From Eledone cirrhosa (taxonomy: Eukaryota), in contig OZ024755.1 of assembly GCA_964016885.1 (NCBI GenBank), positions 15,624,001 to 15,688,000 of the forward strand: a DNA stretch of 64,000 nucleotides, given 5' to 3'. Below are positions 47,283 to 61,550 of this stretch, in pieces. A model generated the notes under the pieces. That model had not been told where the DNA came from. It saw nothing but the letters and a program-made list of their open reading frames with translations, and did not search any database. Both the position numbers and the translations under genes were made by a program. Position 1 is the first letter of the stretch; every line of letters starts with the position of its first letter.

Positions 47283-47476
47283 CTTCTGCGTCCACAGATT
47301 GCTTTTGTTTAGTTTCAAAATATCCTGTTAAGGGTGAAAGCAGCAATTCTTTGCTTAAACTTTAATCTGTTATTTTAATAAATATTTGCTCAATGGTCTT
47401 ATATATTTTGATATATATATATTATCCTTATCGAGCCCTCTTCGGATTTTAGTCTTCACATTTATTATTATTACTA
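47282..47476 (+). mobile_element. TA-embedded element family B, longest colinear copy
   Basis: Contains both pieces seen inverted at 32560-32716; ends TTTATTATTATTACTA followed by (TA)n. Confidence 0.78.
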
Positions 47477-47539
47477 TATATATAATATATATGTTATATA
47501 TGTAAAAGAAATCAAAGAACGCCTACATACTCATACAAT

Positions 47540-47600
47540 TTTTATTTGCTGACAATGTTTCATCCATACCATTGGGCAGGAATCATCAGAGCTTTATAAA
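47540..47600 (-). ncRNA. Minimal type I hammerhead ribozyme, canonical core
   Basis: Minus strand: GCU CUGAUGA UUCCUGCCCAAUGGUAUGGAU GAAAC AUU GUC AGC. Confidence 0.82.
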
Positions 47601-47949
47601 CAAAAATACAGTGCTGAGTATAAGCTCTACCGAGCTTAGTCACATGAACATTAGAAATACAATAGAGGGTAACAAGGGGGAGATCGGAAATGGCGAGTAT
47701 GGAGAGCGTGCATAGTGTGGTTCTTATTCAGCACTACAGCTAAATGCAATGGTACAGGCAGATTTTTCACAAGATGCAGAAGCAGGTGAGGGAACATAAA
47801 AGCAAAAAGTATAAACAATAGTTAAAACATATAATAATAAAGTAAAAGGAAAATAATAATATAGAGAGATTAAAAAATATTATTTTTTTTCTTTTTTTTT
47901 CTTTTTTATTTTTTTTTATTTTTTTTATTTTTTCAGCACTGTATTTTTG

Positions 47950-48010
47950 TTTATAAAGCTCTGATGATTCCTGCCCAATGGTATGGATGAAACATTGTCA
48001 GTTAATAAAA
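47950..48010 (+). ncRNA. Minimal type I hammerhead ribozyme, canonical core
   Basis: AGCU CUGAUGA(47961) UUCCUGCCCAAUGGUAUGGAU GAAAC AUU GUC(47997-47999) AGUU. Confidence 0.82.
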
Positions 48011-48150
48011 ATTGTATGAGTATGTAGGCGTTCTTTGATTTCTTTTACATATAACGACTCTGTTCATGTACATTGAGCTTATACAATACTGCCACAAATA
48101 CGACACGGTACAGGTGCGTTTATGCGCATACGCTCCGTGGTCTACATAAA

Positions 48151-48930
<780 letters not shown>

Positions 48931-49358
48931 GAAAGAAACAAAAGAAACAAACAAACAATAAGGAAAGAAAGACAGAAAGATGGAAAAAAAGAAAGACGGA
49001 ATGGTAAATCTCTAAATTGTAGGAAACCATTGTTGAGGAATAAATCAATAAGTGGTCCGAATTAACGACAGCTTGTTACTGTATAAAATCTATAAGCTCG
49101 TTTCGATTGTTATCTATGCAAGCAACTCACCGTGACATGATGTGTCTTAGTTTGTATACGACATTGGTAGACATAGCTATGATATTTACAGCATATCTAA
49201 CTCTAAACGTCTCCTCTTCACTGCGTTCTTCATATATATATATATATATATATACATACATGTTTGTGTGTGTGTATGTGTTTGTATGTGTGGGTCTGAT
49301 AGTGTGCATGAGTATTTGTGTTTATGTATGTGTGTGTGTGTGTAAATATGTATCAGTG

Positions 49359-49426
<68 letters not shown>

Positions 49427-50282
49427 TATACATATATATATACATATACACGTGCATATACATAAATTTACTTCTACGTATGCATTATGTACATATGTAT
49501 ATATATATATATATATATATATTTATTTATATATATATACGTACATACATATCTACCTACATACATATACACATACATATATATATACATACACACACAT
49601 ATACATACATTCATTCATTCGTTCATTTATTCATTCATTCATTCATTCATTCATTCATACATACATACATACATACATACATACATACATACATACATAC
49701 ATACATACATACATACATACATACATACATACATTATGCCGTCTGGCTACACATCGCAGGGCAAACCAGATACACTAATAAATTAACATCTTCAATACTA
49801 CATCATGGCCGCCTCTAGTGTTGTCTTTAAGACATCTGACAACTGATTCCATTCGCCTCACTAGTTTTAATAGAAACGACCAGAAGCAACAGATGATATT
49901 GGTTCCTTGGCAAGGGAGATAACAGATTGTGCTTCTATCGGAAATTAGTAATCCTTCTTCGTATGTGTGTTTGTTGTGGTGGTTGGTGTCGTTGTTGCTG
50001 TATTTTTATTTTTGTTTTCCTTTGACGAATTTTCCACTCTGTATATTGCAAAGTGATAACTTCAGGTTTCTATGAATATATATATGTATGTATGTGTGGG
50101 TATTTGTGTATGCGTATATATATATATATATATATTTTAAATGAAGCTAACACGGAGAACAACTACACAAAGTTAGAAAAGAGGAGGATGGAATAGAAAA
50201 AGATGAAAACAGAAAAACATATATATGTGTGTGATGTTATGCGTGTGTATGTATGTCTACATGTATGTCTGTAAGTATATAA

Positions 50283-50379
<97 letters not shown>

Positions 50380-50405
50380 CGTATGTATTCAATAAAATAT
50401 TATTT

Positions 50406-50745
50406 GTGGAGCGAGAGACTCCTAGACTTCATTAAGACATCTCTCAAGGAAAAGGACACTCTGATATAAAACCTATGCTTTCGATTGTATCCAATGACAC
50501 CAGCTCTCCATTTTGGGTAAATGTATTCGATATTCAGAGAATGGAATTGGCCCCCGTCCAAATCCTTTCCTCACTTAAAAGTCTTCAAGCACAGGCGTCG
50601 CTTGAAATGTGACATTTTTTACGATGCATGCTATTGCTGGCCATAGGCAAGTTCCTAGCAGGAATAAAAAATCACATATGTGATGCACATGCTTAATTAT
50701 CAAGCGATGGCATTACTCAAAATAGATTTGCAGTCATCATCATCA
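50406..50745 (+). mobile_element. Non-autonomous element with an RTE-like 5'UTR motif and (ATC)n tail
   Basis: Homolog of 35041-35360. A partial further copy lies at 51084-51145. Confidence 0.72.
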
Positions 50746-50763
50746 TGTATGTATGTATGTATG

Positions 50764-51019
50764 TTTCTCTTTCTCTTAATTTCGAGTACATTTTTCACCG
50801 GCCACCATCCTGGTGGCAAGATTGTAAAAGAAAAGAAATTGTCATCCCTTGAATCGCAAGAATATTTTGCAAATTTTGAAGGTACCAGCTTTCGTAGCCA
50901 TTTGCAGTCTATGAATTCAGTTATACTTTGGTCCAAGCGGTTTGGTATATAGCCTGTAGCTCCAATAATGATGGGTATGAAGCTGAAGTTGTATCTTGGA
51001 TACTGTATCTGCAAACTCC
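50764..51019 (-). mobile_element. 3' end of an R4/Dong-like RLE non-LTR retrotransposon
   Basis: The minus-strand peptide LQIQYPRYNFSFIPIIIGATGYIPNRLDQSI matches the C-terminal IPIVIGALG motif of R4-clade proteins. (ATGT)n flanks both sides. Confidence 0.72.
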
Positions 51020-51827
51020 ATGTATGTATGAATGAATGTAAGTATGTGTGTGTGTGTATGTATCCAATAAAGTATTATTTTTTGTGGAGCGAGAGACTGC
51101 TAATCTTCATTAAGTCATGTCTCAGGTCACTCTGCTATAAAACCTGCATGTATGTATGTGGATGCGTTAATATTTAACGTGCAACAAACAGAAAGCGAAA
51201 AGCTGAGTAATACAGAGGAGGTTAAGCACTCTCATATTTATCAATCTCGTGTCAATATATAGTTAACTTCTGACAATCTATCGCATGTTGTATGAGAATT
51301 GTTTTTGAGGTATTTTTATACGCTGCTACCCACATATTATAATAGACATATTATAATATGATAGCAAATTGTGTAATCAAACAACTCTTTTGATTACAGC
51401 CTACATAACGCATCAGTCAACTTAAAACATGTTATTATATTTGATTGCTTAGTGAAAACATCAAACGAATTCCCTCTCATGCCCCCCTATACAGATGATG
51501 TGTGTGTAAATAGATAGAAATAATGAAGATAACAGTCATATATATAATAATAATAATAAGGCGGGTATTAGTAGTGACTCATTTTGATTATGCACAAGCC
51601 AATTGCTTGCTGGATAAAAAGAACCAGAAATAGCTCTATTGACGCTTGGGACATTCAATGTGGCTAGTAAATACTGAAGGATGCATACAAAAGATATTAA
51701 GAATTGAACAGAAGTCTGAAGCGGCCGAAATAAAGGAAACTACCCAATTAACTTGCTGGTCAGATTATTACTTTTGACCAAACATTAATGGAAAGCAAAA
51801 TCCGGCAAATGTCAAAATTATGGAAAT

Positions 51828-51912
51828 AATAATAGTTTCTCATTTAGGCACAAAGCCAATAATTTGGGGGAGGGGGAAGTCGATTAAATCGACCCCAGGT
51901 TGTTACTGGTAC
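51828..51912 (-). mobile_element. SINE family 1, long subfamily, 3' fragment
   Basis: GGCACAAAGCCAATAATTTGGGGGAGGGGGAAGTCGATTAAATCGACCCCAG. Confidence 0.8.
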
Positions 51913-51934
51913 AGGTACAAATCGTAGTTTTTTT

Positions 51935-52046
51935 CTACCAGAGTGGACTGGAGCAAGATGGAATAAAGGACACAAGGCGCCACCGGAAATTGAAAGCACG
52001 ACCTTAACATCATGCGCCGAACAGCCTAACCACTATGTGACGTGCT
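51935..52046 (-). mobile_element. SINE family 3 head fragment
   Basis: GAGTGGACTGGAGCAAG...AAGGACACAAGGCGCC...CCTAACCACTA is the reverse complement of a tRNA-like head. Confidence 0.55.
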
Positions 52047-52205
52047 TTTAATGAATTGGTAGAATTATTAGGGTATTGGACTAAATATTTGTGGTAACTT
52101 AAACAACAACACATAGCAGAACATAACGAAGCACAGTTCTAGACATTCTGTTTCGATCGCAGGTACCTACCATAAAACTGATCATTATTAACACAAAAGT
52201 GAGTA

Positions 52206-52510
52206 CTCTCGGGTCTCGAGTGATCACCACTCCTCCCGCTTATTAAATTTTGCTAAACTATCTCCGCCGAAAATTTATTTTAAGTGGTAGCATTCCTGCG
52301 ACAATTAATTTTCTTTATATATTAACAAACATTATACATGACAAAAATAGTACATTACGAGAAATCCCATACATTATAAAATATATAGGGCGGGTTGTAG
52401 TTTCAATATGTAAACTAAACAACTATTTGTATTTTTTTTTAAATCAACGGAGACAAGCTAGAAAAATTACCGATTTTCCAACCCCACCCTTATTATTTGG
52501 GACCCTAGAG
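52206..52510. mobile_element. Tc1/mariner/pogo-type MITE
   Basis: TA-CTCTCGGGTCTCGAGTGAT ... ATTATTTGGGACCCTAGAG-TA: imperfect ~19-bp TIRs with TA flanks. Confidence 0.7.
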
Positions 52511-53459
52511 TAGCTACAATATAAAAATATAATGCCTAGTAATGCCAAACATTATCACCGTTGACAAATGAGTTGGCTGCAATGTAAACAGCATCAGAAT
52601 TATTATTCTTCCACACCCGATAAACATGATGTAATATCATGTACATTGAAACAAAGAGGAAGCAGGACGCTATTATCAAAGATAGATATAATGAACACTC
52701 TTATCTATTTAATTTCCAAAGTAACAAACAGCTAATGAAAACAAATTAAATATTATTAAAGATTAAAATCGTATTGACCAGTGACTTTATTTTAGTATGG
52801 ATTCAAATTTACGGTAAAATTAATGGCGTGATAAACTTAATTAGAACGTAATTAATGATCTAAGGCTGTGTGAGGTTAAAAATAAATTGTTCCTGGTCAT
52901 ACCAAAATAAGTGACCAGTGTTTGTTTGATAAATAATAGCTAGTTATTACTATAATTGGTGGATCTTAATAATTGTTAATAATTGACACATAGAAAGGAA
53001 TAATTATCTTTCTTCTTGTTAAAAACGTCCGTTTGTTAATTCTTTCTTCTTCTTTTTCTTCATCATCATCATCATCCATATTATTATTATAACCCCATAT
53101 CCGTAGTACTGGAAATGTGATCTTTCGATTGGGAGACGTAGCAGCTCCACCTGGAGCGACTCTTTAATCTCAGGACTACAAAGACTATCGACTCACCTTG
53201 CTCCAAAAGCCCTTCGGGGGTACCTCATTTTGGCCGCTTGTATTGGCAATCATATTTTTTCGGTCACTACCTAAGATTCTTGACCGTAGGTAAGGGTACG
53301 CACAAACACCGAATTAAAGAGAGCGAATTTGGATTTTCCACCTACCTCTCGTCTTCTGTCAAAGGGACCTGCAACAAAAATTGGTGAAATTGTAAATGAC
53401 AATGACAAAAATAATTTTGTGTTTATTTGAAAACCAAAGACGTTTCGTTACTATTTGAC

Positions 53460-53870
53460 GTAACAATAAGTCTTTGTTAGAAGTGTATTAGAAAGGTTTT
53501 CATAATTTATAGAGTAGTTAGAAAGTAAAAATATTCATCTTACAAATGTTGCTGCGTGTGCATCTGAAGAAATACCTACTTCACATGGTTGCAAGCGTGG
53601 ATTTATCGAACATTTGAAAGACGTAAATGCTCAAATGCAAATATCTTTACGATTCACTGCATTCTTCATAAGCAACATTTAGTTGCAAAACATTCCAGCG
53701 CTAGACTTCACAACACTTTCTTCAATGTCGTTAATGCAGTGAATAAGATAAAAACTCATCCCTTGAATACCCATATTTTTAGATATTTTGCCATGAAAAT
53801 TTACTGAAACATTATCCTCTTATACAACATTACGCAGTTCGGTTGGTTTCTAAGTATAGATGTCTGAAAA
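53460..53870 (+). pseudogene. hAT-Charlie (ZBED5/SCAND3/GTF2IRD2-like) transposase relic, part 1
   Basis: KNIHLTNVAACASEEIPTSHGCKRGFIEHLK and IHCILHKQHLVAKHSSARLHNTFFNVVNAVNKIK match the DGAPSM and CxxH regions. Confidence 0.85.
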
Positions 53871-54290
53871 GGTACAAATCACCTTTGCCGTAATACACAA
53901 TCACATTTGGTCTAAACTATTGAAGTCTTATGGTTGCAATATCATCGATTCGAAATATATCCTAAAGTTTTTTTCTAGTATTTGTTTTCTGTGTGTGAGT
54001 GCGCGTGTGTGTGTTTCTGTGTTAACGTGTATGCGTGCGTACATGCAAGTGTTTGTGTTAAACGTCAGGTACAATCACGTAAAAAGTTTCTATTAACGAA
54101 TAAAATATAAAATATACCTTATATATTTCTAAGAATGAAAATCAACTGTATTTCGTAACTTATCGAAAGATTTTCTGCTGCTATATTTTTTTCTTCACAC
54201 AACTGCGTGACAGCAAATATGGAAGAGCGAAACGGCGGCGGTGAAACGGTGACAGTGAAACGGCGACAGTGAATTATATTCCGCCCGTAT
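53871..54290. mobile_element. Nested non-autonomous insertion within the Charlie relic
   Basis: Separates colinear transposase segments (..VRLVSKYRCLK | RCFYDIYDTI..). Has three tandem 14-bp GAAACGGYGRCRGT repeats near its right end. Confidence 0.6.
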
Positions 54291-54725
54291 ACGGTGCTTT
54301 TATGATATCTATGATACAATTTTTGATATTTTATGTGATGAGAAAATTTGTAATGAGCTAGGAAGCCAAAGCATTGTCAGCAGTTATCTTTCTGACATCT
54401 TCAACAAATTTAATAAGATGAATATCAAATTACAAGGAAGAAATATGAACCTTATTAAAGCAAAGGATATAATTTCTATTATCAGCAAAATTTCATTATT
54501 TTTTTTACAAATATAGCTTCGCAAGGCAAAGTTTTCAGTTATTTCCGATAATACAACTAACAAAAGGAAATATTGTTAGTGGTTTGATATTGGATAGAGA
54601 TCTCCGTTGCTAGTGTTCACAGCTTCAGGCATTGAAACATTTTAATGATAACTAGATTTAAAGATTTTGATGAACTTGAAATACATGAGTATGGCAAAAA
54701 TGTATTTCTATCCAATGAATATTTT
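54291..54725 (+). pseudogene. hAT-Charlie transposase relic, part 2
   Basis: YLSDIFNKFNKMNIKLQGRNMNLIKAK matches the YLxDIFxKLNxLNLxLQG motif; MITRFKDF follows downstream. Confidence 0.82.
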
Positions 54726-54784
54726 TCTGATTCAGACATACCTATCTATCTTCTGGCCTCTCTCCGTCTTTCTCTGTATATATG

Positions 54785-54940
<156 letters not shown>

Positions 54941-54988
54941 TATAAAAATAGTCATACGTATAATATTTATGTGTACGTAAGAATATTC

Positions 54989-55034
<46 letters not shown>

Positions 55035-55744
55035 ATCATATGGAAAGAGGAGGTAGTTGTACGTTAAAAAATAAAGATGGTATTTTCAGCATTTTTTTTT
55101 CTTTCTACTGTGAGCGTTCGACAATTAACGTGTGTAAGGGGGCGGTATGGGGGGGTGTATCTGTCTGTAAACGTCTGGATTTGTAAATTTGAGAAAATAA
55201 TATGCATAATTCCAAAGTAGATAATAATATTTATTTATTTATTATATTACTGTGATTACTCTCTGTTGATACTTTTAATTTTGCGATTGCTTGTTGATGC
55301 AAGCATAAGAAAAAGGATGCTATTACAACGCAAAAGATATATGCCGAATGTTATGTCTGTGACATGATGGCATGAGGAAAGTTATGAAAAATATTGTAGA
55401 TCATACAATATTAAATGTTGGCAAATAAAAATGGTGATAAAAACAACAATAATGATGCATAGACACACACACATACATAGACACATAAACACACATGTAA
55501 ACTAAGAGTGAGAAATGAAATTTCGTTACATTCTTTTCGATTTAAATGTATATAGATATATAGCTATATTTACTTATGTACACATACAAACATACATATT
55601 TACACACACACACACACACATGTAAATATATATAGATATATACATATACTTACGTACACATACAAACATATACACATTTACATAAGCACTCATATACACA
55701 CATGTATACACAAACCTGTAGTCAGGTGAAAATATGTCTAAATA

Positions 55745-55840
55745 CGTTGTCATAATAATTTTTTTAGCGTTTTTGCCGAACTTGACACAAAACGTTATTG
55801 CATATCGAGCTTTCAAGTTGTCCTCCCGTCCTGACTGCAT
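55745..55840 (-). pseudogene. Mariner transposase N-terminal HTH relic
   Basis: MQSGREDNLKARYAITFCVKFGKNAK matches the mariner N-terminal QRYAIKFCVKLGKSA motif. Confidence 0.75.
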
Positions 55841-57010
55841 TGTGGAACCAGTCTGCTGTGACAAGACGTGTATGAGGGGTAGTTTTTAAAAGTGCTGTAG
55901 CGGCTCAAACCTTCAACCTAGAAAAAAATATTTTACATATTAGCTTATTATACCAATATCAAGGATGTATTAGAGTGAGTTACGTAGGTCAAATAGAAGT
56001 TCCAGAAAACTGCTTGAGTTTACGCGGTGTAAAAGACAAATCATTCTCTTGGATTACAGCTACTATGTAAGCGTATTTCAGTTTTTTAGGGTTAAATCTG
56101 GTTTTTCTTCCTTCATAATTGGTGATTTGGAAATGGTTTCCATAATACATTTGTGGATGTATATCTGTGTGTATGCGTGTATGCCTGTATGTATGTGTGT
56201 ATATGTATGTATGTATATATGTGTATGTATGTGTGTGTGCGTATATATGTGTATATATGTGTATATGTGTTTGTGTATGTATATATGTATATGTGTATGT
56301 ATATATGAGTGTGGGTGCTTATGTATTTATGAATGTATGTATGTATATATGCGTGGGTATGTGTTTATATATGCACGTATGTATATATGTATATATGTAT
56401 ATGTGTGCGTGTGTTTATATAGGCATGATGAGTGAGATATTTCCGCCTGTTTAAGAGCATGATATGTGTATTAGAGACTGCTTTGTATTATAGTTTGTTT
56501 TGTCTGTATTTTGTTCATAACTTTATCAGTGAAGGGGGGACGTTTTAAACATCGTCAAACTGAATAGATGAATAGATGTAAAATCAGAATGATTGATGGC
56601 TAGAAAGAATATAATAAAAGTTAGGAGTATAGACAGAAGGAATATGAGTATAAGCCGAATAAAAATAATCTACAAAAGCTAGATCCATATAAGGATTTTG
56701 ACAATACCTATATAATTCAAGTTAGAGTAAAGTGGATGGCTTGTGTCTCTAACAACCTTATCATAGAGGCATTTGAAGAATAAGTTAAGTGTTCATTTAT
56801 CACTATTGAAGCTGATTTATATATTTAGTCAAGGCCGATAACTCGAGTAGTCTGTGTGCATCTCATCCAAAATATGACTATCGGAGATAGAAACATAACG
56901 AATACATTCAATAATAGTTGATTTTCTCACAGGCTCATAATTCTAAATTTATTTTAAACAACCAAGAAACATCTGGATTGTAATAGTTAGTTCGCTGTTA
57001 TAGCCTTACG

Positions 57011-57352
57011 GTGTAGCCACAGCTTGGTCGAATGGTTAAGAAGTTTGCTTCGCAATATTTAGGTCTCGTTTCGATCCCGCTGCATTGAATCTCAGGCAAA
57101 TATAATATTTTTCCAGTGTCTGGTCGGCCTGTGCCTTTTGAGTGAAATTGGATAGACGTTTAGAAGACTGTTTAGAAGCCCGTTGGTTGTACTGTATCTG
57201 TAATTAAAAAGGCCAGCTTTGTTACACATTGTGTTGTGGCTAAGTGCATATGCAAAATCATAAGCCAATTATATTTTATTTTAATTTCATGAGCAGGCTA
57301 TTCCGTTGATCCAACAACTGGAACACTCATCGTCGAAATCGATGGAGATCCA
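57011..57352 (+). mobile_element. tRNA-derived SINE family 2
   Basis: A-box TGGTCGAATGG, B-box-like GTTTCGATCCC, and GAGTGAAATTGGATAGAC...AGAAGCCCG. Confidence 0.75.
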
Positions 57353-58204
57353 TTCTAGTTGTGCAGATCGTTTAAAATTCTTAGAACATACATATCTCCT
57401 TTGTATTAGATTTAGAAAATAGCTTTAGAAATGAACAGCGTATGACAGCTAAGGGGAAAGAAAAGAAAAGATAGAAGGAAAAACACAAAGTGAACAGGAA
57501 AGAAGTAAAAATAACAATTATCTCTTTTAATGAGCCTGACTTACTAATGAAAGACAATACAAAAAGACAATCCATAAGCTTACTACTTGTTAATACTAAT
57601 TAAAACATGACTAAAATAGGGAAAAATGTCATGTTACTAAGCGTTGTTTGACTTAAGGCAGCGGGGATAAGGCTTTTGTAAAGTGATATATAATTTCTTG
57701 TGATGTTCCTGTCAAAACAGCAAAGATTAATATCTTGATGGCTTCAACATCGGTGACTTAGCGAAGTTTATTCATTACACGTTCGTCGATTGATGGCTAA
57801 AATGGAATTCCACTCGAGTTGTTTACACTGGCGGCTGGATGCAGAACTGATAACGTCGGTACTAAAAGGCATTAAATCGGTGCAAAAGGTATTCTAAAGC
57901 CAAGCCATTCATTACCTTGATAAATGTCAAGCACCTACCCAGCCACAAGTAACACCACCACCACCAATACCACCACAGTCACCACTGTGAACTGACATCC
58001 ATAAATACGAGAATGTTAGCTCGTTTAAATAGCTGGTTGTTCTGAAAGATTGCACAGTTGATAAGAGAAAGTGAGATGACTGTTGCATTTTCAATGCGTC
58101 GTTTGTTTTATTTGTCCATGTCTTCATTTGTCCTTATCTAAGAAAGTTTGATGAATACACCGTTTAAAGAAACATATATACAACTAAAGTAGATGAATAT
58201 CCAT

Positions 58205-58306
58205 GCACATGTATATATATATATATATATATACATGTGTGTGTATATGTGTGTGCGTGCTTGAATATATGCATGTACGTATATATGTATGTATATATAT
58301 GTATGA

Positions 58307-58380
<74 letters not shown>

Positions 58381-58395
58381 AAATATATATATATG

Positions 58396-58458
<63 letters not shown>

Positions 58459-58477
58459 AAATATATATATAAATATG

Positions 58478-58513
<36 letters not shown>

Positions 58514-58527
58514 TATATATATATATG

Positions 58528-58593
<66 letters not shown>

Positions 58594-58730
58594 TACATGA
58601 ATGCATGACACATACATATAATTATCTCTATTGCATGAAAGCGTACAAGTCGAGTAAATGCATGTATAAACACACACACACATATATATATAATACATAT
58701 ATATATATATATAAATACATGTATATATGC
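58205..58730. repeat. (TA)n-rich compound microsatellite
   Basis: Direct inspection. Confidence 0.92.
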
Positions 58731-59041
58731 ATACAGGCGTGCACGTCACTAGATTTACGTCGTCACATCTCTAACAGTCATTTGAAGGTATGTATTGGAA
58801 ATATTTCAGGACTTTCATAGTAAATGGAGTTTGTGTCAAAGGTCGAGAAATATTTAAGTCAATGTAAAGTAAGAGTGGAGAAACACGTCAACCTGAGATA
58901 ACGTTGAATACTGACTAGGATTATTTTCCGAAGTTGTATTGAATAGAAAGAAGAAAGGTGGCATTATGTTTCTATTTGGGCTTGTTAAATCTGCGGCCGG
59001 ATAAAATAAATATAATTAAATATTATGTATTAAAGTATTAA

Positions 59042-59198
59042 TGCGGTGGTTCGGTAAAGACATTATCACGTTGGATAGAATGTTTTGAGATATTCGTTTC
59101 GGCTCTCTGCACTCGGAGTTCCAATTCCACCTACGCCAACTTTCAATTTTATCATTTCTAGGTTGTTTAAAAGTACCAGTCAAATACTGGGGTAGATT
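59042..59198 (+). mobile_element. SINE family 1-related, diverged
   Basis: GGAGTTCCAATTCC...AACTTT...AAAGTACCAGTCAAATACTGGGGTAGATT. Confidence 0.6.
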
Positions 59199-59258
59199 CT
59201 TTCTCTTTTATTTCATCCTCTTCCTCCTTCTCACGCACACACACACACATACACACAT

Positions 59259-59320
<62 letters not shown>

Positions 59321-59387
59321 CTGAATTATTTATAAATAGATTAGGCGTCACACAAAGGGTGACAAAGATAACCCTTTGAAGTACGGT

Positions 59388-59555
59388 TACATTTCATCCT
59401 ACGGGCTTCTAAACAGTTTCTATCTACCGAATTTCACTCACAACGAGGTTGACCCGAGGCTATGTTTAATAACTCTTGCCCAAGATACCACACACACTGA
59501 AATCGAAGCTTGTTTATTATGATTGTATAGTGAAGTTCTTAATCATTCGGCCACG
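59388..59555 (-). mobile_element. SINE family 2, decayed
   Basis: ACGGGCTTCTAAACAGTTTCTATCTACCGAATTTCACTCACA...CTTGCCCAAG is the reverse complement of the 57011 copy. Confidence 0.7.
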
Positions 59556-59809
59556 ATACGACCACCGATAAATATTATTATAAATAGAAAGAGCAATAGA
59601 AACATTGTTTCTTTGGACAAATCGGCTTTTTCTCTTCCTTTATATCTGTAAATTGTACGTCAGCCTTTGACCCATCAGAAGTTTTCAAATGTTGAAAACC
59701 ATCAATAGAGGGAACAGTTGTGAAGAATGATAAAGTATAAAATACTTCACTGTAATGTTAGGTAACAATATGAAACGTAAACATATTCCTTATCAAAGAC
59801 AGACAAACA

Positions 59810-59861
59810 GACAGATAGATAGTTGGATAGTTAGCTAGGTAGTTAGATAGACAGATAGATA

Positions 59862-59936
<75 letters not shown>

Positions 59937-59983
59937 CGTACTTAGATATATATGTAGGTATATATATACATATATATATATAT

Positions 59984-60020
<37 letters not shown>

Positions 60021-60092
60021 CATACATACATACATACATACATACATACATACATACATACATACATACATACATACATACATACATACATA
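59810..60092. repeat. Compound (GATA)n-(GA)n-(CATA)n microsatellite
   Basis: Direct inspection. Confidence 0.95.
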
Positions 60093-60761
60093 CTAAACTA
60101 GATAGATAAAAAGGAGTAAAAATATTATAATAATGAAAATAATAATGATAACAATAACAATACAAAACGTCTTATCTCAGCCAAATACCTAATCATTTAA
60201 TTCTCATTTACCATCTTCATTGCCATGACAACGTAAATATTCGGATGTGTACTGTAGCAGCACCAGCATCAGTATTGTATTCGGCATGCCATAATATCTA
60301 CTTAGTTGCTAAGTTATTTCGATAGTAAATGACGGTGTGTTAACATAAATGCTAAACAATGGCACATCCAACGATTGTCCACTGATTATTTGTTTTGGTT
60401 TGTTTTTGTCGGTTGGTTGATACTATGTGGGTTTTTTTTTAATTCTCAGAAATGTTTCTAATACTGAAATATTGACGTTGTCAAGATTTCAAGGCTGGGT
60501 TTTGTTTGCAGTGTTTCATAATTTTACAATCGAAAACCTCACTTCGGTTATTTTCATTTTTTTTTCTTCTCGCGAAGGGGTGGAAGGGTTGAATATTAAG
60601 TATTCGTATCTGTGTGATGTAAAGTTTTGGGAAACTGATTTATGTTCGATCAGCTACATACATCAGTTACATACACTTATACACACATATATATATATAT
60701 GGGGTCGTCTATGTTCAAATGAATGTATATATATATTTATCTTTATCCTTCTCTCTCTCTT

Positions 60762-60819
<58 letters not shown>

Positions 60820-60824
60820 ATATG

Positions 60825-60874
<50 letters not shown>

Positions 60875-60984
60875 TATATACATAGATGTACATATATATA
60901 TTTACATATATATATACATATATACATATATATACATATATATACATACATGCATACGTATATGTACATGATAAATATAGCGAA

Positions 60985-61032
<48 letters not shown>

Positions 61033-61550
61033 TGTTGGACCAAGGTAGCAAGACAAAGGGAACATCTTATCACGGAAAACGTCAGAGATTATGTAACATC
61101 TAGAATATATTTAGTTTTACTTCTATATAGAAAGAAAACTAAGAGTATTGTATTCAGCCAAAGGCACCAATAGAAACTGGGCAACGTTACTGTTTAGATA
61201 AATAATTTCCTTCAATAAGTTAAGGGCTGATGTACTGAATATCAAAAGTAAAACATTCTTAGTTTATTTAAATTGAAATATTTTACGGATTAAGCAGCCT
61301 CGAGAACAATGCTTGTCCACATTCATACCATTAGTTCATTTGAGTTTTTCCCTCTATCTCATATATACGAGGGTATGCTGACTAAGATACTCTAATGGAA
61401 GGACCAAATGTACTTTTTTTTAGCATAAACCCATTGTTCCTTGAAACAAACAATGCAGCCATTAATACGAAGAGTTGGTATTAATGCAGGCAACATTTCA
61501 CAGCTCTAGTATCATTCCTTCATAGTCAGCCTATGCTTTTTTCAGCTGAC

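Larger units (their letters stand above)
47493..48150. mobile_element. Fold-back HHR element family A, copy 2: ~125-bp inverted arms, ~315-bp loop, ~95-bp tail
   Basis: 47493-47617 is the near-perfect reverse complement of 47933-48055. The left arm and loop are homologous to 12989-13380. Confidence 0.88.

Noticed and set aside
61366-61546. Mariner-like MITE starting TACGAGGGTATGCTGA
   Set aside because: Only one plausible terminus; the right end is obscured by a SINE, so it was not called.
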